Positions 40,842 through 55,519 of a DNA stretch of 64,000 bases are shown here, piece by piece. Every line of letters starts with the position of its first letter. Position 1 is the stretch's first letter. The stretch comes from Octopus vulgaris. Taxonomy: Eukaryota. The stretch covers positions 99,200,001 through 99,264,000 of the forward strand of contig OX597818.1 of the NCBI GenBank assembly GCA_951406725.2, read 5' to 3'. The notes beneath the pieces are model-generated. The model was not told the origin of the DNA and made no database searches. It saw only the letters and a list, made by a program, of their open reading frames with translations. The translations under genes and the position numbers were made by a program.

Positions 40842-43797
40842 TTATGAATGTGATGATACTGGGCCTGTAAACAAAAATGTATAATAACAGCTTATAAAAA
40901 ACAGAATGTACAAATTTAGACACAACCAATTTACAAATACCTGTTGACTTATAGAAGTGCACATTAAGGTTTTAGCCACAACAGGCTTAAGGCTATCAAA
41001 TGTAAGCATAAGTATATTTGTTACAAATTTTGGCACAAAGCCAGCAATTTCGAGGGAAAAGGTAAGTCCATTACATCAACCCAGCACTCAACTGGCACTT
41101 ATTTTATTGATCCAGAATGGATGAAAGGCAAAGTCAACCTCAGCAGAATTTGAACTTAGGATGTAAAGACATAAAATGCTGCTAAGCATTTCCTCCAGCA
41201 TGCTAATAATTGTGCCAGCTCACTGCCTTAATATAGTTTTAAGTATATTAATGAAAATAAATTAGTTTCAGGGAACAACAGCTAAAGAATTAGCTGTTTA
41301 AGTTTGGCCTGGCAGTACATCATGAGTGACAGGCATAGTCTGATATTTAACATATCCACAAAGTTCTCTTGTTATAAACCACGTCTTTCCTGCCATGTGT
41401 ATAACTGGGATTAGCCACAACACATTCTATGGATTCCACTAGCTACTTGATTTTAGAATTACATAATGATACATATTAAGTATATCAGGTTCCAATGAAT
41501 TAAGGTAATAATTCTAAATTAATAATTGTAGATATGATAGTACAAGTACAAGACAGATGATCAGATAGAATGACTCTTCAAACCAGGTTGATAATAATAT
41601 AGTAACAGACTTATAAAAGTTCAATTTAACAGCATAGAGTTTGTAATTTTTTTCAATTTTCCATAGGTCCCTAAAAATATTTTTGAAAAAATATTTCTAT
41701 TTTCTCATATTCTGCAACAACATAAGCTTCTTTCAATAAGGTAAGAGCATTTTGTAAAAAAAAAAACATGAGATTTTAAGCAATGTGCCGCAGATTCATC
41801 ATCTTGTGATCATGTTACAACAATAGCTTCATTTATAAAATTTGTTTCAATGGTAAAAGGTAAGCCATCATTGATAGCAACAAAAGTTGTCCATTTCATA
41901 TTATTTTTAAAAGAATTTAAACATTTTTCAGCATCCTCAGACAAGTTTACATTGACTAACATTCTGATATTTTAATAGTAGCTTTCAAAACAATTCCAGT
42001 ATTTGAGGGCTTGGAAATATTCCATACCAAGACGATTCTCTATATGAAATTAAATAACCTAAGAAGTTATGAAATATCAAATATTTACATTCACTTTTGT
42101 TTAAGATTAGATTATTATGTTTGTCCATCTAATGAAAGATTGGTTTGAACTCAGACTTATTTCACCATAAGCAAAAAATTATCTGAACTATTTGATAGGT
42201 ATCTTAGAAGATTATTTCAGTTGATAAGTTCAACACTTACCTGAAACATTGACACACCAGTTGTAATACCCAAAGGAACTTGTATTCATTTATATAAACC
42301 TCTAGAAGCTTGGAAAAATGTTTTCAGTTTTTTAGTTTGCTTTTTTTTTTTTAACATATTTACTAAATTGATAATAAATTCTACTTAGATTACTTTTATT
42401 GTAATATTAAAGTTTGAATATAATATTGACTAGATCATCTATATAGGGAACTAGATAAACATCAAACTCTGTAAAATGTTTGTTAGCTTGAATCACCAAT
42501 AAAAGCCAAACTTTTTAACAGAAGTGGTGAATTGCTTAATTCTATGATACCTTTTTGTCAAAGTTTTCAAATTTCTGAATCAATTCTTTACTATCTACAC
42601 TGCATCAGTAAGAATTGGCTGCAACAAATTTGAGTAAGATTTTGGAAACATTAACTGTACTTTCAGCCACTTGCAGTTAGATATGACTACAAAATAAAAT
42701 GGTCCTGATCCAGGATAAATAACTCTATTTTCTGTATGCAATTTCAAAAAGGCATAGCAAGAATCAGATCAACAAAGAGTTCTGCATTTTTATATAATTT
42801 ATCTTTTATAGATGTTTTAGCTATAAAGAATCCATTAATTTATTATGTTAATTTAGAATTTAGCCACAGAAACAGTACCTGTTTTGGGATATATTTTCAG
42901 TTTGAGCTGATTAGCTTATATTTAACAGATAAAATTTTCTGATGAGCCTGTATGAAAGAGAATTTTTACATCTTGTCATCAATTTTCACCATTATGATAG
43001 ATAGTATAAGGGACTCAGTAGCTGAACAAACACTCTGAAGGACAGAAGAGGTGCAGCCATCAGACAGTAGAATAGTACCCTACTCTTTTACATTTTAACA
43101 AATAACAGTTTTAACACAAGCACAAGGGTGGATATTCAAGCTACCACAGAAATAGCCCATTCTTAAAGTTTTAGGGATCACTGAGGCAAATTGTTCAAAT
43201 TTACCATGAAAATTTTCTCATTAACATCAGAGTACACCACAAAAACAAAAGACATTTAATATGATTCTGCATTAAACTGGACATCTTTCAAATATCTGTC
43301 CTGTTAGATGGCACTTGCCAATATTAAGGTTTTAGACTAGTGGCCTCTTACAAATGAAAATTTTTCTTCAGCTGTTATAGATTTAAAATTGCAATCAGGA
43401 GCTGACACAATTCTGTAGAAGTCTGTTTCCATCAGAAGGCGTCTAAACATATATTTTATTAGGTGGTTTCCCATGAGCTTCAAGCCATTTTAAGGTATTA
43501 TCAAGAGTTGTATATATTGTATAATGGCTACTACATACATCAGGCCCAATATTTTAAGAACAAAATATTTAATTTGCAAGGATTAATGTCAAGATAGACA
43601 GTTGTCAAGCAATACTTGAATTTCTTCAATAACTTCTTACCACATTGAGTAGAGTTTGCTGGAATGTCAAATTGGTCTGGCCATGCCCATTTTGATTCTG
43701 TAATTGGTAACTTTTGAATTAATTAATCTATATTGATAGATATAGCAACTTTTAATCAAATTAAGAGACTTATGCAGCCATAGCTGGTGTAATATCA
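40842..43797 (-). mobile_element. Old LINE relic (ORF1 zinc knuckle plus APE endonuclease), interrupted by a SINE
   Basis: Broken minus-strand frames: C*KCKRVGYYSTV knuckle (about 43070-43110), CVNVSGK / FAYGE (about 42160-42260) and HDHKMMNL (about 41800) in APE order. Confidence 0.5.
41020..41230 (-). mobile_element. SINE family D copy
   Basis: gatgaaaggcaaagtcaacctcagcagaatttgaactt...gctaagcatt...gccagctcactgcctt. Confidence 0.8.
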
Positions 43798-44879
43798 GAA
43801 GATGTAAGGGACATAACCTGTGTAGTTGTGTAGTTCTATAGTAACATACAACCTTTTAATCCTTTCAGCTTAAAATGTGTGCCAATAAGTGTATATATAA
43901 GCTGAGAGAAAGGAAACATGTTTGTAAATGTATATGCGCACATTTCATGATTTCATACAGAAGAATAAATACATGCAAATACGTGACCTCGTATATGCCT
44001 GAATGTATAAGTAATCACAAAACTACATATTGCACAAAGATACACATGCACCAGGCATATTTATACACTCAAATTTACACAGATACAAAATAGAGATAGA
44101 AAAAGAAAACAATAGCTTCTTACATGTTGAAGAAAGTATTACTAAATAGAAACAGTGAGATAGGAAGTAGAGTGAAATACAGAAAAGGGAAATTGTAGTA
44201 ATGGTAGAAGAAAAAAGTGTATAGCTTTCTAGTTGCCATGACAATATTGATCTTGCTGTGTTATTAGTGCTGCTGCCAATTGCCAGAGATCTATGAACTG
44301 TGCATATTGGAAAGGAGGAGGTATGGTAGCAATGTTGATGAAGATTATGATTAAGATGAAAAGGTGGAAAATGCAAAGAAAATTTTGAAACAAGTAAAAA
44401 AAATAAGAGATAATGAAAACAAAGATAAAACGATGATGATGATGACAATGATGAAACAGATGGTAGGGATGCTAAAAATGGTGATAGAGATAATGATTAC
44501 ATTCTCATAATGATGATGATAATAGTTACATAGGTTGAGCAGTAGTTATGCTCATGGTACTGAAAACTAAAACAAAAGAAATTCTCTGGTTGCTGCCTTG
44601 AAGTGGTCTCCTTCCAAGACTGATATCAGTGTGCTCCATCTGTATTTGTTCCATCTTTATCCAATCTATCAAATAATAGCCATAGTTGCTGTGGTAGTAG
44701 CAATATTGTAATTATAATGTCGAAAACTTCAGGGAGGAAATGGAGTACCCATGAAAGTTTCCAGGACCCACCTGGCTGGTAGGGAAAGTAACCCTCAGAC
44801 TAGAATCCTACAGTGAATACTTGAAACACAGAAGACTCCATTAAAGGTCCCATATATATAGTCAATTCAAATAAATGAG

Positions 44880-44995
44880 TAAATTTAATGAGCAATGAGA
44901 GGACATGTGCAAGAAATGTATTAGCTTGATGCTCAGTGAAAAGAGAGGGTTCGATGTTTCAAGTATAGCTCTTCATCGGAAAAGAGAAAAGGAAA
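44880..44995 (-). mobile_element. H1-related element with degenerate hammerhead (44950-44983)
   Basis: Shares atgtattagc..gctcag with H1; minus strand UUUU CCGAUGA A GAGCUAUACUU GAAAC AUC GAA. Confidence 0.5.
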
Positions 44996-45034
44996 AGAAA
45001 TTACTAACAGCAAGTGTGTAATTACATTGCTGAA

Positions 45035-46110
45035 AAGGGAGGAAGTCAGGATTTTTGGATAATTATTTATTCAGAACTTTTATCTCATTTTGGGAGATTA
45101 ATGCCTTTTATATATGTGTGAGTTAGTTGAAAAAAAATCTGGAGTTGAATTGAGAAGTTAATGTTTTGTTGTTTTGAATATGTGTGTATGTGTATGTGTG
45201 TGCGTGGTAAATTTTTGGAGGCTTGGTAAAAAAGAAAGAAAGAAAGAAAGAGTCTTTCTCCAAAATAGTTGAAATTGCATTGTATTTTTGGTCTGTTGTC
45301 ATGGTAGCCAGCAGTAGAAAGGGTAAGATCTTTCCCTTCTACAAATGCCCAAGGGATGACCCAAAGTACCAGAAGGCAACAGAACTACATTTTATTAAAA
45401 AATTCTTACTTAAACTAAATGTATAAAAAAAGAAAAAAATATATAACTATAAACGCAAAAAATCCTTATTAAGAAAAACTAGTCTCCCAGATGAACCAAA
45501 TCAGATTACTGTTGGATATTATTAGTAATGTTTTCATTATTGTTACTAAAATAACTGGTAAAATTCACAGGAGCAACCAACACACACTTTCACACAGATA
45601 CATCATCATCATCGTTTAACTTCCGCTTTCCATGCTAGCATGGGTTGGACGATTTGACTTAAGACAGATTTTAAAAAATTCCATAATGATTTGATAGTGT
45701 ATTTTCTACAGCTGGATAACATGACAACTGACCAAAACAACAATGAGTAAAAGAAAATAGACTTCTTGAACTGTAATTAATTCCAATCATCCCAGAAAAA
45801 GACCCCTCTCTACAGCTGGATAACATAACAACTAATCAAAAATACAAAGTAATTTCATCAATCCCAGAAAAAGACCTTTTTCTTTCTTTTTTCCTCTCTC
45901 TAACAAAACCTCCAAAAATTCACCACTCATGGACTCAAAATAACAAAGAACATCTCAATTCAACTCCAGATTTGTTTTCAACTAACACACAAATACAGAC
46001 ACATATACAGAAGGCATGAATTTTATGTAAATAAAATCATTCATGATCAATCTCTCAAAGAGATGAAAGTGCAAAATGAATAATTATCCAAAAATCCGAA
46101 GTACCTCATT
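45035..46110. mobile_element. Old foldback/MITE-like element with degenerate inverted arms of about 250 bp
   Basis: ggatttttggataattat / ataattatccaaaaatcc, gttagttgaaaa..atctggagttgaattgaga / tctcaattcaactccagat..ttttcaactaac and aatttttggagg / cctccaaaaatt occur in mirror order. Confidence 0.75.
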
Positions 46111-48855
46111 TTTCATAATATCTGAACACCACATCAAACAATCTATATAACTGCATATAAATATATATGTGTGTGTGTGTATTAAAAAGATGTTTATGGA
46201 GAGATTTTTATCTCATACACTACCACACCATTATGCATTCTGTGTGAGAATATTTACTATGATACACAGATGGCAGTATATATGTGTATATTTATATATA
46301 TAGCCATGCAATTACAGACATACACACACATGTGTATAAATATATATATACAGGCATGCTTAAGAAGAAATATATGTGTGTGTGTATATATATATATATA
46401 GGCACAGGTATGGTTAAAAGTCCATGCATAGACATTCATATATACACATATTCCCACACATACATATGTGTATATGTGTGTGTGCATGTACCTCTCTTTG
46501 TCAGCCCCATTGCTTGAAAATCAGTGTTGGCTCTTTTCTCTCTAATGTAGCAATTGAACAAAAGATACTGATTCAATAAGTAGTAATAGTAAAAAAACCT
46601 AAGTACTTGGGTCAATTTGACTAAAACCTTCAATGCAGTGCCCCACTATGGCCACAGTAAAGTGACTCTAAAACATGTAAAGAAAAAGAAAAGCACATCT
46701 CTAAATATTTATATATATATGTGATGATTTGACAAACAGTACTGAATTTTACAATTCTGTAAATAATAATACTAATAATAACAATAATAATGTGTGTGTG
46801 TATGCATCACTAAAAATACTTCTGGAATGTGACTGGCATGAGTAGGCCATAATTTCTAAAGGCATCATAACTTGAATACCTAACCATTTTGCATGGACTT
46901 GCTAGACTGAGTATGGTACATTAGAGTTAACAGTGATTAAAGATTTAAAATTCTTAAACAGAACATATCTTTGGTGGCAACTATAAGACAGGTCATTTTT
47001 TTTCTATTCATGGATACTATAGTCTGGTGGACAATTCTGAAATTGTCCTTTCCAGCACTTTCAGCAACCACTTAGATGGCATATTATAAATGTGTGCTTA
47101 TCTGTTTCAAATAGATATGAAAATATGGAAAAAGGAAAGAAGTGTGACCAAAAGATCAGAACTTTAACCTTTTATTCATTTAGATACTTCTTGAATGAAG
47201 AATGGGATTAAGAGAATAAACATTGGATTTCTGCATGCAAGTAGTTGGAAAGAAAATATGATCAGAGATTTCCAAGGCAATGAGGAAAAAGAATTAGAAA
47301 GCAAGGCATCTGGATTTACTTCAAACACTTAGTCATTTAAAATGTGTGAATCCTTTCCCAACATGTCTTCTATTAAATATGTTCAAAAATATTAATGGAG
47401 AAGATGCAAAAAAAGACATAGTTTGATAGAAAGTCAGAATTAAAATATCTAAAGTATGAGTTTGCTGGAGGAATTTTAGTAGCTATACTGAGCAAAAGAG
47501 GGGTAAGGTGCACATCTGCAGATTAAATACAACATAAAAAATCCAGGTTGGGAGATACTCAACATATGCTTTCTCTATCACTCTACAACCACTCATCAGT
47601 TTTTATAATATATTCAATGAGGTTTGGAATGAGGTTTTTCCAATTCATTTCCAAAACCCAATGTCATCAATCTAGTAACGAAGTGTTTTTTGTTTTTGTT
47701 TATTATTTCAATCAATCCCACACACACACAATTGCATATCTACCTAAAAAAAAACTCTTGTAAACATGCAGCAACAGGTGCAGGGGGGTATGTGTTTGGT
47801 GAAGATATGTAATGATTTTACATACTAAACACTATGTTACATGCACAATTGCATTTGTGTACTTTTGCATACACTCACATCAATACATACATAAAAAAGA
47901 TGACAAAAGAGGTAAAAAGAGACGTCTGAGATGACAGTGTGCTAGTCTACAAGTTTTATAACAGCTAGTAACATGTGGTTCATAGTTCAAATATCTAATG
48001 GTGAGCTTACTCGCTTTTCATAACTGTTGGATTTCTCAATGTTTTCACTTCTTATAGCACATGTGTTTGTCATAAATATTTTACTGTGAAATGGATGCAT
48101 CAGATCATCATCCTCATTATTTAAAGTACATTTTTTATGCTGGTATAAACTGGACAGTTTGACAGGAGCTAGGAAATCAGAAGACTGCACCAAGCTTTAC
48201 TGTCAACTTTTGCATGGTTTCTATGCCTGGATGCCCTTCCAAATGCCAACCGTTTTTCCGTGTGTAATGAGTACTTGTAATGAAGAACCAACAGCAATGA
48301 CATCACCAAATAACTAACAAGACCCCCCCACGCCCACCACAACTGACTGGAGAGTAGTACTGAGGGAGGTGAATTTGTGCTAGGTGATGAGAGATTACAA
48401 TATGAATGGAGGAATAGAAATAGGTGTCTTGCAGTAGAGGAGATATATGGCTACCTCAGTAGGAGAGTAGAAAGAGAAGAGAGAAGATGAAGATGCAACA
48501 GAGATATACAAGGAAGTATATACAAGCAAAATGCAACCAAATATATTCTTACATACATATATCCATGTGTGCATGTACATGAGTATATACTTATACATGT
48601 GTAAGCATGTCGTGACCATTCATTTAGTGTGACTTTTTCAAAGACAAGCCAAACAGCAATTAAACTGGTTAGTAGCACCAACAGAAATAAAAAGAAAATG
48701 CAAATCATCCATTTGTTAGTTAAATTAATGACTACTCCAGAGATAATCAAGTCTTTAGTGAAACTCGTCAGGCTGTTGCAAATGTTTGTGATTTCATCAT
48801 GGGACCTATTTCTACAGCAAAATTAAATATATGTTTATTAAACATATAGACATGA

Positions 48856-48893
<38 letters not shown>

Positions 48894-49217
48894 TAGATAG
48901 ATAGATATATATATATACACAGTGAAATAAGGATTCAGATAGAATCAGGTACTTGAAAAGATATGCGCCAGGTAGGGTTGGATAAACCTGTGGTTCCGGC
49001 CTATGGTTGGTAAGTATCAAATAGGATATATCAGTTGTGTACTTAGAGAAAACCTATGAGTATCTAGCACCTAGAGGCTGGTCCAAAGCATGTATTATAT
49101 TGAATTGTATGTTGTTGATATACTCTAGGGTGCCTGATAAGTCGTAAGTGCCCTTGGTGTATTATAATCAAATGAACAATAACAGATGATGGATAATTGT
49201 CAGATTATGACAGCTGT

Positions 49218-49499
49218 TTCTTAAACATCTTTTTAATAGAAGAATGAGAACATTACTCCATCACAAAAAACCGTAATCATCAGATGAAACATAATTTTAC
49301 AAATAAAAGAATATCCTAAGTATATGTCAAGGCCAACTATGAAAAACTTTTTTCGAAGTTGGCCTCAACAGATTTCAGCCACATCCCTGATATATTCTTG
49401 GAATATTCTTCTATTTGTAAAATTATGTTTCATCTGATGATTACAGTTTTTTGTAATGGAGTAATGTTCCCATTCTTCTATTAAAAAGATGTTTAAGAA
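49218..49499. repeat. Long fold-back (arms of about 115 bp) in a (TA)n-flanked element
   Basis: ttcttaaacatctttttaatagaagaatg...tcatcagatgaaacataattttacaaata is inverted at 49385-49499; the loop holds a ggccaac/gttggcc stem. Confidence 0.93.
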
Positions 49500-49513
49500 T
49501 GTTATCATTCGAG

Positions 49514-49546
<33 letters not shown>

Positions 49547-49573
49547 TTTAAAATTGAATAGAAGGTCTTGAAA

Positions 49574-49619
49574 CCACCTGATGAATGTCCTTAGAAGTGA
49601 CAAGAAACAATTGTAGTGG
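49574..49619 (+). ncRNA. Minimal type I hammerhead ribozyme in a (TA)n-flanked element (about 49540-49803)
   Basis: CCAC CUGAUGA A UGUC-cuuagaagu-GACA A GAAAC AAUU GUA GUGG: stem I CCAC/GUGG, intact core, palindromic ACAAUUGU stem III, GUA triplet; A:A mismatch at the base of stem II. Confidence 0.78.
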
Positions 49620-49799
49620 ATAACTTAATTTTATTTAATTTATATAAAATTTTTTATGTATTGGATTAAGTCTTTCTTTGTTTGATTTGCATAATAGTGG
49701 TTTTGTCTCTAATTAATATTATATAATATTTTACTATAATATTGGATTCAATCCTAAATCTGATTTTTCCCTGTAAATTTGGATTTATTCCCTAATATT

Positions 49800-49842
<43 letters not shown>

Positions 49843-49857
49843 CATATATATTATGTA

Positions 49858-51242
<1,385 letters not shown>

Positions 51243-52631
51243 GTTTCATATGCACACATATATGAAACACTAGTTTCATATATGTGTGTATATATATATA
51301 TATAATGTTTTATTTCTTATACACACCAGGCAGATCCTATATAAATTTTCAAACACATCTCTATGGTTTTATTTGCATGCACTTTGAAATTTAAAACATT
51401 TCTTTTTAATAAAACTAATATGACCTATTTGTATGGGTCTTTGTGGTTGCTTTGCTTCTATAGACAGTTTACTTAATATTTTCTGTAATAGATAAGGATT
51501 TCTTATAACATAAGGCCAAAAATATGGATAAAAGTACATACATGAAAAGATAAAATCATATAACAGGTACTTATTTTATAACCCAGAAGGATAAAAGAGA
51601 AAAGTATTTGAACAGAGACTTAACTAAATACCATATGGCATTTTGTTTGGAACTATAATGTGATCCTGCCATCTCAATTTGTAGGCAATAACAAAAAATG
51701 CACTCTTCAACTGATTTTACTTGCACTCACATACACAAAGCTAAATTTATACAAAAGTGAGTTTACTATTGCACACAAATATACACCAAATAGAATTTAT
51801 TTGCACATAGACACATCAATTTGGTCATCACACTCCAACACACAATCTATTTTGCTATACTCACATATACATATTTATGTTACTATAATTTTATAGACAC
51901 ACTGAAGTGTATAGCCAGGTGGGAATGCTTAAATTCGCATGCACAAACAACTATACATGCATATACTGTGTACTTTACAAATATACTTCAGTTAAACATA
52001 ATTACACATATAGGAAGTTTACAAATAAAAAGACACTTGAAAAAGCAGTTAAGTACATCAATAAGTGCATTAGGAAGCAATGAATGCAGTATTCTTCACA
52101 CTAACTGCTGGTGCACAGATAAAATATCAATCCTTATGCATTTACATTATATAATGGCTACAAGTGCTTGCAGCCACTAGCATATTTAGGATATGGTACA
52201 TGATTTCATATGCAAGTTATTTAGGCAAAAGCAACACACTAAACAACCTGGAATTGAAACATGCAAAAAATAAACACTAACAAACAAGTTGCATCCCAGT
52301 GTAAAACACGGTGCACATTAAGTAGAACTGAAGCATATCCATAGACACAGTTGCACTCATGTTTGCAAATCATAAACACTACACTTGTAACATAACATAC
52401 ACATTTGAACTTGCAATTTAATAAGATATTAAAAAAAAAAATCTCCTCTTTAAAAATCAATTCAGCACACATACATCAATATCTCCACTGTTTCTTGAAT
52501 ACAGACCCTAACCTTCTCCACCTACTATGAGATTGATGTCAAGCAGTTTCAGATGCAGATGTAACCTACAAACTAAACTCAAAAGTCAAGCATTTATATG
52601 AAAAAATTATTATTATTATTATCGTTGTTGT

Positions 52632-52663
<32 letters not shown>

Positions 52664-52887
52664 ATAATAATAATAATAATATTTGCCACAAAGGAGAAAA
52701 ATGTAGAGACATTACAAGAAGAAATTACAAGATGGTGGGGCTTTATTATAATCAAGTATGAGAAAACATAGGCATAAACAGTATAAATACAAAAGAAATA
52801 AAACAATGCATCTCAAAGGGGCTAACCATTTTGGACCAATTGAGGAAACCTAGACATCAGATTACCCTTATTGCGAACAGTAAATAC

Positions 52888-53179
52888 CTTCTCCAAGCAG
52901 TGATTTTCCAGTCACAGGCATATCATAACAGAGCTGTTCATTCAGGACATGCTTGTCATTCTCAACCACCTTTTAACAAATTTACTTGTCCTTTCACTTT
53001 CCTCTTCAAGACAAATTAGAAGATGATGATATGGCTTGACTGAAGATAAATGTGTCGATTATCAGTCATGATCGCTATATAACAACTTTTGCTATAAACA
53101 CCAAACAGAAGAAAACTGCCTGCAATTCCCAACCAAAGAAAGATGGCAGGGTAATCTGCACAACAGATTCTACTTAGAG
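52888..53179 (-). CDS. Candidate 5'UTR plus start exon (coding 52921-52888, MPVTGKSLLGE + phase 1)
   Basis: Acceptor ttttgtttttaatcaaccag| at 53179 and donor GAAG|gtattt at 52888; in-frame stop upstream of the ATG; phase matches the Ig exon; no similarity to the repeats recognised in this window. Speculative. Confidence 0.3.
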
Positions 53180-54157
53180 CTGGTTGATTAAAAACAAAAT
53201 ATAAAACAATAATACAAACAACTGGAAGGTAAATTAGGTAACACAAACTAAAACAAACCAAAAGATATGAATTTGGACTGGAGATAAGTTACAAGATTTG
53301 TTTGAAGATGGGAAGATGCAAAAATTAAACAGTTTGTTTACTTGTGTTTGGGATGTTGAAGTTCTATCTATTAGCTTGTTTAATATTTAAATAAACATAA
53401 AAGAAATTTTTTTCGCTAATCTTCTAAATCCTGGTTGTGTATAACAAAACTGAATATTACTTTTTCAAGATGCTCAAGCATTAGTATGGGTTTTCTAAAC
53501 ATAAAATTACACTTTAAAATTTGCAGTGCACCTAGTCACACTTCGCAATGTACGATTCAAGAACCACTTGCGTAAGGTGTGATTTATGGGAGACTTAACT
53601 ACTATTTCTAACATGCAAAATGACTATGTAGACGTTCTTTTAACTTATCTGTCTTTATTTATGCTTCATTTTCGCCCAGTAAGAACAGTATCAATAACTT
53701 ATTTGTGTAGATAACTCTATCACCATGAAACATCGATACTCTTTTTTTTACCAGTGACAAGAGGAACATGCTGTTAATAGTATCAGTAACTCATATTCGT
53801 AACATACTTGTCTCAGTAAAATGTACACATACATCAATTATGACAAGGCTAATGAAAGAAAATTTCTACACACATATGGAAATAAAATGAACATTCTAGT
53901 AATATTCAAAATCAAATATTCTTATCCTATATGCATTGATAAAAATTCAACTTTTCTTTTGTTTTTCTTGGACGTTTGAACCCTCCAGTTTCTGCTTATC
54001 TGCAAGGGTAACTTTAACAAAAATGCTGAAAAATAACCTTGTAGAAATGCTAGAAAGAAATAACATATAACCAACAATAAGTGAATTATAGTTTTTAGAT
54101 ACATTTGAGTAACTTTGTATATTACTTTATTCATGCATAGCTTGGTGCATATACTTA

Positions 54158-54540
54158 TCTCTTATTATAATATATTATATAAAATCCGTTCTGTCTGTGT
54201 GTGTCTTCTAGGATATCGGGCATTCTCCATCTGCTTGCGCTCAAATTTGATATGTAGATACCGACGGTATCAGGGTGTGTATAAGTCTTGAAAAAATTAC
54301 AAAAATCGATTCCAGGTGAGAATGCGATCGATAAAGCCGTGGGAACGTGCATCTTTACGCGCAAGTACATCAGCTGTTGCGATCGATACTACGCGTACGC
54401 GAGAAAAATGCACGTGCAGTTTGCGCAAAAAAAGCCGGCTGGCTTGAAATAATGCTACAAAATGCAGAGACCAAAAAAGTAAGATGCAAAAGAGATATTT
54501 TCTTCAAACTTGGCATGAAGGAAGGAAAGACTATTTGGTT
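54158..54540 (+). mobile_element. Non-autonomous Helitron-like element, 5' part
   Basis: A|TCTCTTATTATAATATATTATATAAAATCCGTTCTGTCTGTGTGTGTC start resembles Helitron 5' ends; no 3' CTRR terminus located. Confidence 0.5.
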
Positions 54541-55519
54541 TCTCAAGAAGTTTTTTTTTTTGCCTTAACTTTTTATCTTTATTTCTTCTTTTACTGGTGT
54601 CTCAAATATAGGTTAAATCAGTGTTTCTCAAAGGGGAGGCCTAAGAGACGGCCGGACAAGTTGTTTTGAGAAAATTTGGTTTAAATGTTTGACAACTCAG
54701 CACCGTCCATTGGACGGGAGGTGTTTTGCTCGTATATATATACACAAACAAACAAATGTACATATATAACAAAATTTGATATTATTCTCGCACTATCTAA
54801 CAGTGCTTATTACATACAATAAATATTTTAACAAGATTTCTTTGCTCAGAATTAGGTGCACGTTTTATACAGAAATAAATGTCGTGTGTTAATTGTTGTA
54901 AAAAGACAAACATACAATATGCACAAACTATATTGCATCATTAACATAATTTAATATTAACATGTCCAATATACCATAATATAAGCCAAACAGTCTACTG
55001 CTTACTGTTTTATATGATATTGTTTGTTGTTTTTTTCTTTTTTCACATACACATTTGTTCTTGGGTGGGTTCTTAGAATGTAGCTCTATGTGTTCCAGTT
55101 TTATTGCAGTAAAAAAAAAGCAATACATCATCTACCTTGAGGTAGATCTATATTGGAAATGACCTATTCGGAGTTTTGTTAAGCTTCATTAAATTGAATA
55201 TTCCTTTCTCATTCACATCAGAGTAATGAGTCACAAATAAAACTTTTATGACTCTACATACATAGGTCTTTTCCTCTCATCTTTCAGCGAAAGAGTGTAA
55301 ATAACTCCATAAAACATCAATTTTTGAGATACTTTGTCTCATAAGCTTTATCTCAAAACTTTGTGGGGATTTGTGTTATCTGATAGCATTTGATAATCTA
55401 CACACTAATAATGAAACTTTTTAAATTGCACTTGCCGAACAAGAACAAGTGAAAAAAAATACAGTATCTAACAACGAAATAAAAAAAAAACCGAAACATG
55501 GAAAAACTAAGCTTTCATT

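Noticed and set aside
42931-42967. CUGAUGA...GAAA hammerhead candidate
   Set aside because: No stem II pairing and no NUH triplet in position; it lies antisense within a LINE relic.
53016-53261. Hydrophobic 81-aa ORF as a membrane protein
   Set aside because: Non-ATG start; the hydrophobicity comes from T-rich, polypyrimidine-like sequence.
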